A stretch of 20,000 bases of DNA from Catajapyx aquilonaris (lineage: Eukaryota). The notes under the pieces are model-generated. The model saw only the letters and a program-made list of their open reading frames with translations, was not told the origin of the DNA and ran no database searches. Positions within the stretch are counted from its first letter, which is position 1, and each line of letters opens with the position of its first letter. The position numbers and the translations under genes are program-made. This document shows positions 1-9,107 of the stretch, piece after piece. Location of the stretch: positions 109,840 through 129,839 of the forward strand of contig KZ538083.1 in the NCBI GenBank assembly GCA_000934665.2. The letters run 5' to 3'.

Positions 1-200
1 AAGTGCCATTTTGGCGGAAAATCACTTTTTTGTGTTTTCCTGTGGCAAGTGTCACCCTGCAGTTGCAATAAAAATGTGACTGTCCTTCAAGCCTGCAAAT
101 CGCAAATATGATGTCAAAAATTTTAACTTCATAAGGCAACATGTCACAACGAAAGAAGAAACCGTCCCCTGTAAAGTTTTGTTTTTGGCACTTTTTGGAT

Positions 201-365
201 TACGGCATCATATGCTCTATTCGACGCACTTTTTCTCCAAAAAATGGCTCAAAAATCGCCCTGCATCTTATATGCAAAAATGCACCAATGACTGTCGTTC
301 TGAATCTGATAAGCTTAAGTAGGGAAGCGTCGTGCCCGTGTGACTTATATGCCTTCAATACGGTA
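201..365. mobile_element. Degenerate MITE-like remnant resembling Tc1/mariner (Tc2/MER104-like) non-autonomous elements, in the Wntless intron
   Basis: The right end ...GTGTGACTTATATGCCTTCAATACGGTA (RC TACCGTATTGAAGGCATATAAGTCACAC) resembles Tc2-type TIRs (CCGTATTT...TAAGACGCAC). The left end TACGGCATCATATGCTCTATTCGACGCAC is a degenerate match, there is an internal inverted copy TGCATCTTATA, and TA lies at both ends. Family assignment is from remembered consensus, not a search. Confidence 0.45.
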
Positions 366-493
366 CTTTAGAAAAACAAACATTGGACCAATGACAGCCC
401 GGGAGCTCCTTGTCTGCTCCCTCTGCAATATCTAAATAAATAAACTAGCAGCCAATCAAATAGCCAGCCATATCACCCAGATAACACCCATAC

Positions 494-599
494 CAATGAG
501 TCCTCCTAGCAGGAAGCACGCCAGCTGGCACAGAAGCAGCAGGGAGGTCAGCACGGCCAGCTTCCGCCCACTCAAGTTCTCCAAGATGGTCCCCGGCAT
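494..599 (-). CDS. wls: Wntless (Evi/MIG-14/GPR177) first coding exon; the gene continues beyond the left edge
   Basis: ATG at 599-597 reads [35 protein letters not shown], then a phase-1 donor G|GTATGG at 493. This closely matches the Wntless N-terminus (Drosophila [14 protein letters not shown]...LLLCQ..CFLLGGL). Confidence 0.93.
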
Positions 600-773
600 C
601 TCCGCTCCAGCCTAAAACCTAAAGTGGGGAAATGCGTATTAGTCGCATTGACCAGAACAGGCTCTCACGGAACTTCCACTGCATATGTGGTTCACTGACA
701 GGTTGACAGTTTGTTCTACTAATCTGTGACATGTCCAGTTGTATATGCACTAGGCCATGCATCCTCACCATAC

Positions 774-979
774 CTTCCAGAGCAGTTCCAGAAGAAGAAG
801 AAGAAGAAGCCTTCACCCCCAGCGTCCTCCTCGCCCCTCTTCCTTCCCCCTCCCCTCCTCCCACAGGCAGAGAGGCAGCCTCCCCCCCTCTTCTTCCCGG
901 TCCTAAAATTCCTCCCCTTTTCTCTCTTTTCTTCCAGGGACCGGGAGGTGCGGAAAGGTGGCGGTTCCCCCCTTCCCAC
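774..979 (-). other. wls: Putative 5'-UTR exon of Wntless
   Basis: Minus-strand acceptor CTATTTTTAG at 981-980 and donor GAAG|GTATGG at 773. Downstream acceptors at 620-619 and 613-612 precede the ATG. Confidence 0.5.
790..809. repeat. (GAA)6 / (CTT)6 microsatellite followed by a C/T-rich low-complexity tract to ~975
   Basis: agaagaagaagaagaagaag seen directly. Confidence 0.9.
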
Positions 980-1556
980 CTAAAAATAGGTTCCCTTTAC
1001 ATTTGTAGGGAAGGTGACGGAAAAATGAGGGAAGGCTTCGAGGGGGGAATGAGGCAAACAAAAGCTGCCTGATGGGGGGGAATTGCCAGACCAAAATGCG
1101 AGTCAATAAAATTCGATTGGAACCCGGTTTGTGCCCCGATTCGGGTCATTGGGGGTCAAATCGTTCGATTCGGTACAAATAGGACGGTTGGGAATGGACT
1201 TAATGTTAATTACCGCTAAATGACACACTTAAAGTTTATTGCGCATCGGCGACCTTGGCATTGAACAGTTATGGGTTGTAGCTGCTTATATAGCTAATAC
1301 AGCATCGGGTGATCCGAACCCGAGCTGAAGCACTGCGGCAGGTGCACTTACAGCACGTCGTCCCTGCAATTGTAATGTTGCAGTGCAGCAACACGTAGTA
1401 ATTAAACAACCGGGATTGAACTACTAGTAAGTAACAACTAGTAAGCTAATAGCTATAACAGTTTAGCTTAGGTTGGAAATACGTGATTGTTGACAATTCA
1501 AGGTTGGAAATAACAACTGACCACGTTGTCTTCTTTGGACTTTTTTGGAGCTGTTG

Positions 1557-3588
1557 ATGATGGAAGGACCAAAAGAGGCGGCGCAGGGTGTGCAGCACTG
1601 CCACTTTTTCATGGCTCGTAAGAAGAGGAACTGCAGGATGAAGGTCAGGTCAGGGCTCAAGTACTGCCCGGAGCATGAGATCATCCTGCAGCAGCAAAGG
1701 GGCAGCGCAGGTGGAACAGATGATCAGCCAGAAGGGACCAGGAAGAGGATCACATGCCCTTATGATCCTAAACAGTAAGCCATACGGTGCATAGAAAAGT
1801 GTGGCATACATACAGCGCAGTCTGTCCGTCAGCACAAATGTCACAAAAGAAATGTTTACATGTTTTTCATTGTGCCTCATTTTTATGACTGTATCATGTA
1901 ATTGTCTTTTTCAGCACCTGCTATGCAGATTCTTTGCGCAAACATCTATTTCGATGCAACTCAAGGCCATTGCCACAACCTGCCTACTACTCACGGGGAA
2001 TAAACTCTGGCGACGGTATCGATGAAACCAGGATTCCGCTACCTGCAATACCGGATGATGTTCTCGTTTCGTTCATCCAGAAGATCAAGACTATACACCA
2101 GAGGATTTCTGTACCATACGAGACCCGCATAATGCGCCATCCAGCCCTCGAGGTGGAGCTTGAGAATGCAGGACGTTCCGCAGCTAAGCATTTGCTGCAG
2201 ACATCGTCGCTCCTGGCTCACATGGATGCTGTGGGACTAATGTCAGATGATGACCAGACATGTTACATTGAGTTTGGTTCAGGTAGAGGTCAAGTAACTT
2301 TCTGGCTGACCCAGGCTGTGGCATCCAAGCACATTTTTGTGCTGGTAGATCGTGAGAGTCATCGTCACAAGCACGACAACAAGCTGAAGGATAGCCCATT
2401 CGATGTGGTCAGGATAAGGATCGATATTGAAAATCTTAGGCTCGACCAAGTGGAGGCTGTTGTAAACTCAAAGCAGATTGTGGGCCTCAGCAAGCACTTA
2501 TGTGGGGTAGCTTGTGACTTAGCACTACGATGCCTGGCCAGCAGTGGGGACAAGGTTGCGGGGATTGCCATGGCTCTCTGTTGCAGACATAGGTGTACCT
2601 GGAAGGATTATGTCGGGAGGCAGTTCTTGATGGTTAGTTCACATCGTGTTTTATATTGGGACGTTTCTTAAGTACTACGCCTGACACAAGCTGAATTCTC
2701 AGTGTGAGCACTTCAGGGAATCAATCACAGTGAACTATGTCAAGATTTACAAGTCACCCCTTATGTGTTGGAGGTGGAAATTTATTTTGATTCTATTTCT
2801 GGTTCCTTAAGTTTACTGTAGCTGCTGGGTTCCCATTTGCTGTCAGTTTAACACATGCATGCTATTTCTCAGACTCACTTGCTCCTGTGAGGAACCAAAT
2901 GAAAAGCAGTGAACAGATGAAGTTACTGCACGTTGTAATTTTGTTGGTCCGTCGGTTTTGAATACTGTGGTACTCAGATGACCTTTATTTAAAACTTCAG
3001 ATTTTTAGAATTTTTGAGAACTGTAGGCCTAATTTTAGTTAGGCAGCAATTGCTATTTAAGTGATTGACTACTTTTGAAGTAATTTGTTGGCTCTGGAGT
3101 TTACCATTAGATCTTGTTGTTTTTTTCTATCGAAATATCTTTCTTTCTTCAACCAAAATGAGCAGACTTTTAATTGCTGCCTTTCATTTTGCAGGAGCAA
3201 GGATTGTCAGCAAAAGAATTTAATCTTCTCTGCTCCCTGGTGAGCTGGGCAACATGTGGAAGCGGATTCAGCCGTACTAAGGAAGGTGTTCCGAACGTAC
3301 TGCAGGACATGTCAGCCAGGTAAAGTGTACACTGTCAGGATAACACGTATTGCAATTATTATTATTATTATTCTGTACTGACTTATTAGATATGAGAAAC
3401 TGGACCTAAGCAGACAGCACCGGGAGGAGATTGGAATGCAGTGCATGGCAATTTTAGACTATGGTCGAGCCCACTATTTGCAGCAGCACGGATTTACAAC
3501 TCAACTAGCTGAATACACCACAAAGGAAGTATCATTAGAAAATATCATTTTAATAGCCACCAAAAATATCAGTAATCATGTGGAATAA
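1557..3588 (+). CDS. TRMT13: tRNA:m4X modification enzyme TRM13; exons 1557-1774, 1915-2632, 3195-3319, 3390-3588 (~419 aa)
   Basis: N-terminal CCCH zinc finger (CHFF...KRNC...YCPEH) and CHHC finger across exons 1/2 (CPYDPKHTC...KHLFRC). SAM motif YIEFGSGRG, SKHLCGVACDLALRC, ALCCRHRC, SWATCG, ILDYGRAHYL and VSLEN are present. All introns are GT-AG and phases are consistent. Confidence 0.95.
3355..3372. repeat. (ATT)6 microsatellite in TRM13 intron 3
   Basis: Seen directly. Confidence 0.85.
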
Positions 3589-3589
3589 A
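3584..3589 (+). promoter_or_regulatory. AATAAA polyadenylation signal overlapping the TRM13 stop codon
   Basis: GAA TAA A: the hexamer contains the TAA stop. Confidence 0.5.
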
Positions 3590-3631
3590 ATTGGTATAAA
3601 CTTTTTAAATGGACCACATTCCTTTCGGGGT

Positions 3632-4733
3632 TCACATGCTGTACCCTGCTTTTCTTATCCAACCTAAGCCATCATTTGTTTTTCCAGCTGGCTTGTATTC
3701 CAGACCAATCCATCCGTCATACTTCAATTTTTCCAGCATACTGAATATGTAGTTGTAATTCACCTCTCCAGGAGTATCAGGTTCATGGCGATCTGGCACC
3801 TGAGCAATCTGGATGTGACCTGTTGGAAGATATTCCAGTTAGCCAATGGTGCCATATTTCTCTATGCCAAATTGAATTTTGATTGGAAACTATATGGACG
3901 AGCTCTTACCAACATACGGTAGAAGTTCAGCAGTGCGATTGGTAAGGTTACCGCATGCATGTTGTAGATGGAAATAGTCCAGCTGTAGCTTCAGGCCTTT
4001 GCGGTTAAGTTTCTTCACCACCGACAACCCTAAATGGTTATTAATCCAATGAAAATGTGTGCACTGATTAGCCACATGACGACTCACCTGTGTCAAAATC
4101 ATGGAGGAAGTACCCTGGCAAAGTAATCTTGTTAATTGGTTCAATAACTCCAACCAGCCCTTCCTTTTCCATCCTGTCCGCAGCCCAGGTCAAGTTGTTC
4201 TCATAAGTTGACATCATTTTGGCATGGTCCAACTTGTCTGCAGCGGTAGTCTTGCCAGCCATTATGTGTATCCTGCGGAGTAACGCACTGGCCTGGTTAG
4301 GGTTGTTGATGCATTATTTGAAAGTGCAAGGTGCACTAAAAGGTGTCCTCGGTCACCTTTGGCAGTTGAGAGCCTTGGCGTACTTGATGGCCATCTCAAT
4401 GCTATCCTGGAAGCTCTTCTCCTTCCCCGGTATGGCTGCGAAACCAAACTCCCCGCTCTTGACATCTCCTACAAAACCAATCATGACATTACCGTACTTC
4501 CAGTGAATTTATTGAATCACATTACCAGGGAAGACATTGATGAGCACCTGCTGCACCCCAGCCTTCTCCTTGGCCCTGACCACCTCCTCCAGCGGGTACT
4601 CGTACGGAAAGGCACACTCCACCGCCTTGAACCCAGCCTTTCCAGCAGCCACGTACCTCTCCAGCAGTGACCCACACTCCTCAAACATGAAGCTCAAATT
4701 GGCACAGAAACGAAGACCATTTCCACACGCCAT
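3632..4733 (-). CDS. HYI: Hydroxypyruvate isomerase; exons 4733-4526, 4468-4357, 4272-4088, 4029-3910, 3819-3632 (~270 aa)
   Basis: HYI family motifs [36 protein letters not shown]...[28 protein letters not shown] and [15 protein letters not shown] introns keep the frame. Confidence 0.95.
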
Positions 4734-4755
4734 ACTGCCCTACACGAAGGTCAAA

Positions 4756-4964
4756 GTGTGACACCGTGTGACACTCACTACAGGGGATCACCAAACGATG
4801 ATATCATAAAAGCGCCCGGTTCAAACACACTTCATGCCATATATTTGCGAAGGAAATCAGTAGGTGGTGCACGCTGCTTCCGTCCGAATTAGCGGCACGA
4901 CATGACGTATTAAGGCCCGTATTAAGCCTTGTTTACTACCGGACGATTTGAGCTCGGTCACACG
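4756..4964. promoter_or_regulatory. Probable divergent promoter region with Ohler motif-1-like elements (CGGTCACACG 4955-4964; tandem GTGTGACAC 4756-4764 and 4766-4774)
   Basis: Matches to the YGGTCACACTR housekeeping motif lie between the head-to-head ATGs at 4733(-) and 5178(+). Confidence 0.4.
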
Positions 4965-4970
4965 GGACCT

Positions 4971-5014
4971 ATTTTCCCATCTGTCACTGATAGATCAGTG
5001 ACAGATGTGAAAAT
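4971..5014. repeat. Near-perfect inverted repeat with 21-bp arms, a 2-nt loop and one mismatch
   Basis: ATTTTCCCATCTGTCACTGAT-AG-ATCAGTGACAGATGTGAAAAT. Confidence 0.9.
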
Positions 5015-5177
5015 CGGGAATTGGATTCATGCCGAGTCTCACTGAATTGGTACCGGCGGTATGCATACGTCGGTATAGGTGGTGGCAGGACTGCGTGCGA
5101 AAAATGGGGTCACCTGCTGGGTATATCGATTTGGCGAACGAGGACGCCCCTGGAGTCGACTCAAGGCCTTCCACAAT

Positions 5178-6943
5178 ATGTCACCCAGACATGAGGTGGT
5201 TCCGTTGAAGCGGATGTGTCTCCTGGTGCTGTCCGACTGCCTGGAGGAGTATGCCAGGTGTCACATCCTGTCCTGCGAGGTTGAAGGACGATGGCATGTG
5301 GATCCGGACTACCCGCTGTTCTGCCCCGAGCTGAAGAGGGCCAGGGACAAGTGGCAGAGGCTGCTTCCGGTCAGTCTGCGAGAGGACCTTCTGAGTGTGG
5401 TGTCTTCGGCCAGGAGGAAGAGGTGGATGGCCGTGGCCGGATCGGTGGCCACCACCGACTGCTGCCGATGCGTGTCCTTCCTGCTTCTGTACGGCGAAGG
5501 AATCAAGATTGTGCACATACAGGACCTGAACAACCATGCCAGCCGGTACTTCTCGTTTCTCGGCCAGTTCTCCAAGGACCTACGACACCTCAGGTTGGGC
5601 TCAATCAAGTCTTATGTGACCTACGGATCGGATGTCCTGCAAAGCGCGTTTCGAGTACTGCGAAACCTCCATACCCTGTCCTTCTCAACATGTCTACCAG
5701 TGGATGACTTCTTGGAGGCCATAGGAAGAAGCTGCTGGTGTCTCCAATGCCTGGACCTTGGACTGTCCAGGTTCGGTGGGAGAGGACCGGGGTTGACCGA
5801 GCGAAGTATGCGACGATTGTGTTTCGCCGACTGGCAAAATGAACAGTACCCGGGACCAACACAACGGAACCCTTGCTGCGACACCCTCAGGATGGTCAGC
5901 CTCGGAAGGGAAGGATTCTTCCAGATGAACCGTGGAAATGTCCCGCCTTCTTCGGCAGTCGCGCTACTCCTGAGGATGGTCCCAAACTTGCAGTCAATCC
6001 CCGGGTACCCTAGGACAGGTGAGTACCATACAAATCTCGCCCACAGGTATCTTACAGATTTTCGTACCCTGCAGGTGAGGCGTTCGTGGTCATCATGTCG
6101 GAGGACACTCATCCGGCCCAGACCAAACTGGAGACTGTATGGGATTACAAGACGGACAGGGTCAAATTGGCTGCCATTAACCGATTGGCTCCGGAGTTGA
6201 CCGATCTGGTGCTGCGTAACCCGAAGGAAGGTGTCTGCGAAGAGCTGCATTTGTTCCAGAAGGTGACCCGATTAATGCTGACGGACCTGGAGAGATGGGC
6301 AACTCTCAGCGTGCTTTTGCAGCTACGAGGGGAGCACTTGACCTCGTTGCAGGTGTACAACTCCCGCACCCTGATTGACCTGACCCAGGTGTCCATTCTT
6401 TGTCCCAATTTGGCCAGACTCGTGTGCGACAATGTTCATGTCCAGTGTCAACATCTGCAGGAGTCGCCTTCTCCAGGGCGGATCCTGGAGTCCATGCAAG
6501 ACCTGGGGCTCTCGGGTGACCTGGGTCCAGGAAGCGACAATGTTGTGTCCAGTTTCCTTCCTATTTGTCCCAACCTGCAGCATTTCTCGTGGAGACAAAG
6601 GTTCTTGAAGGAGTCGGCCATAATGAGCGACCTAAACCTGGAGAACCTTTTGAAGCGAACCGGCGGATCATTCTCCAGCCTGGAATCCATTTGGTTGGCC
6701 ACCGATTGTCGCCTGACCATCACTAGCGTCTTGTTGTTAGTCAATTCGTGTCCTAACATACGAATAATAGGGTCAATGCGCTTCTGGAAGATCAGTCCCG
6801 AAGAAGTGACCAACTTGAGAGCAGAGTTACGAAGCAGCAACATGGACGTGGAGCTCTGGGGTGATGAAGAGATAGAAGATGTTTCCAGGCAGAACGAATT
6901 GGCCCGCGTTCTTGTTTATCCAGGCTGGCTTTTGCCACTCTAA
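5178..6943 (+). CDS. Uncharacterised leucine-rich-repeat (RNI-like) protein with an N-terminal BC-box-like motif; exons 5178-6018, 6075-6943 (~569 aa)
   Basis: Two long ORFs are joined in frame by a 56-bp GT-AG intron (ACAG|GTGAGT...CTGCAG|GT). Repeated LxxLxL and CPNL motifs are present (LRHLRLGS, LHTLSF, LQCLDLG, VPNLQSI, CPNLARL, CPNLQHF, CPNIRII). AATAAA lies at 7139-7144. Confidence 0.8.
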
Positions 6944-7246
6944 AAATGACCATAAATTGTGAAATTACATATGTTCCATTATATGTTTGTGCTGTCTGAT
7001 GCTACCTAATGTTACAGTAGGCATCATGTTGCTCATTTTAACTTGTTAAGCCATTGTTACGTTATTGTTGTAAATATATATACGCACGTTCAGACCTGCT
7101 TATAATGTTTCTGCCTTGAGCGACAATAATCGACGGACAATAAAAGGCTGCTGAGTTAAACTCACATTATGTGGCTATTTATTGAGTAGATTAGACGCGC
7201 TCGAGACGCGATCCTGATGACGCCGCGCTACCCAGGCACAGTTCAA

Positions 7247-7255
7247 AAAATGGCG
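7247..7255 (+). promoter_or_regulatory. YY1/Pho-like motif AAAATGGCG in the CpG-rich region upstream of SNF8
   Basis: Motif match ~165 bp upstream of the SNF8 ATG. Confidence 0.35.
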
Positions 7256-7416
7256 CCACATATGGCTTCTCTCCCACATATTAATCCGAGTAGCAACTAC
7301 TCGATAGTATCATTTCGCACTATCCATCGGAGAGAAGCAGTTTCTTCAGTCGCCTGCGTTTGTTTCTCCGCCGATTGACCTTTTGTGGTTGACCCGAGTT
7401 GACCTGACCCGGCAAG

Positions 7417-8580
7417 ATGCGTCGCAAGGCGGGGGTGGGTGCGATCCACAAGCAGAAGCAGACCCAGGAGAAGTACAAGGACAAAGGGACCGAGCTGCAG
7501 GAGCTGCAGTTGGAGGAGGTGAGACCCATGCCGACCCAGGCAAAGTTTGTTTGTTCGTTTGTCCATTTCATGCCCGTTTTATACCTATTTCGTACTCGTA
7601 CAATGCCAATTGATGTCCCATTTTGTACCACTGCGAAGAACTAGTTCCCTGCTAGTGCTCTGTATAAGTCATCGAATAACAGCTCCAGTTATAGCGGTAA
7701 CAGCAGTGGATATTGGATATGCTCTCTTTTGACCTGCAGATGTCTCGACAACTTGAGGTGTTTCGTGGTAACCTGGAGGAATTTGCTTCCCGTCACAGAC
7801 AGGAAATTCGTAAAAGCCCACAGTTTCGACGGCAGTTTCAAGAGATGTGTGCGTCAATTGGGGTCGATCCACTTGCGTCTGGAAAAGGTATATTGAGAAG
7901 GGTCTTATAGGTTCTCTTGATCGGCTGCTGTGATTCTGTAGGATTCTGGTCTGAGCTGTTGGGTGTGGGTGACTTTTACTATGAGCTTGGAGTGCAGATA
8001 ATTGAGGTGTGCCTTGCCACTTGCCACCGTAACGGAGGCCTGATCACGTTAGATGAACTCAGGACTAGGCTTATCAATGCCCGAGGGAAGAGTAAACATC
8101 ACCAAGAAATTACCAAGTTAGTATCAGATGTGTACTACTTTCTAATGGCACTGTTGCGGGAGTTTCATTATCTTGCCTTTTTGTAGTGACGATCTCCTAA
8201 GAGCCATTAAAAAGCTGCGTGTTCTTGGAAATGGCTTTCAAAATCATTCGTTGGGTAGTGGAAAGCACTTAATCCAGTCTGTGCCTGGTGAACTCAGCAT
8301 GGATCACACGGCCATCCTACAGCAGGCAGAGTCCACGGCCTGGGTGACGGTATCCAAATTACAGAAGAATCTTGGTGGGTTCTGCTTTTATTACTGCTTG
8401 TAGATTTGAAATGTGATGGAATTATAACTTGGACACCTGACAGGTTGGGAAGAGGATAGAGCCAAGCGCTCCTTGGAGTACATGGTGAAGGAAGAACTCG
8501 CCTGGGTGGATACGCAGAATCCGACCGAAGTCTCCTACTGGTTTCCTAGTCTTTTTGCAGCCTGTGCAGCTGCTAAGTAA
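7417..8580 (+). CDS. SNF8: Vacuolar-sorting protein SNF8 (VPS22/EAP30, ESCRT-II); exons 7417-7518, 7740-7887, 7942-8116, 8187-8374, 8444-8580 (~249 aa)
   Basis: [89 protein letters not shown] and YWFPSLF are present. AATAAA lies at 8606-8611. Confidence 0.97.
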
Positions 8581-9107
8581 TGCACACACTCTGTCCACCA
8601 TATTGAATAAAGCTTTTTGCACTGTTTTCATTCCACAATCCTTTTCATTGGGAGTGGTAACATGTATCCCAAATGTGTCAGGTGTACAAAAAAAATAAAT
8701 GATAATTTACAAGAGTATATGGATTTTTATTGTGCATACAGGATGAAATTAGGTGTGGTGAAAATATTTATCCATGTGGTAAGACATTTTAAAGCATGGG
8801 AATATTATTTGTGCAGTAAATGCATTTTTATATTTGCATTAAACCATCACCTTCTCTGTTTATGTAATGATGCGTCTGAATATACTAGCCCTTAACCAAT
8901 GTTATAATGATAATACACAGATTCACATGCAGGCCTACATTATGGTTCGTACGTGCTGTTCATTTGGTTAAGCTGCTGAATTAAAACAGCAGCTGGCTTC
9001 AAGCAGAGCTCATGGAATGGGAACTTACTACTTGTAACTATTCAACTAACGTTGTGTTACAGAATTTCGTGACTGGTTTCCAACAATGTATTATCAGTGT
9101 AAATGTC

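Noticed and set aside
619..1106. Overlapping Pro/Lys/Glu/Gly-rich ORFs
   Set aside because: They arise from the GAA repeat and low-complexity tract in the wls leader region.
4978..4996. Resemblance of the palindrome core to the tet operator (CTATCACTGATAG)
   Set aside because: Only a partial match, with no vector or bacterial sequence nearby.
5181..6843. Long antisense and alternate-frame ORFs (e.g. 5621-6250, 209 aa) over the LRR gene
   Set aside because: Shadow ORFs of GC-rich coding sequence with no recognisable motifs.
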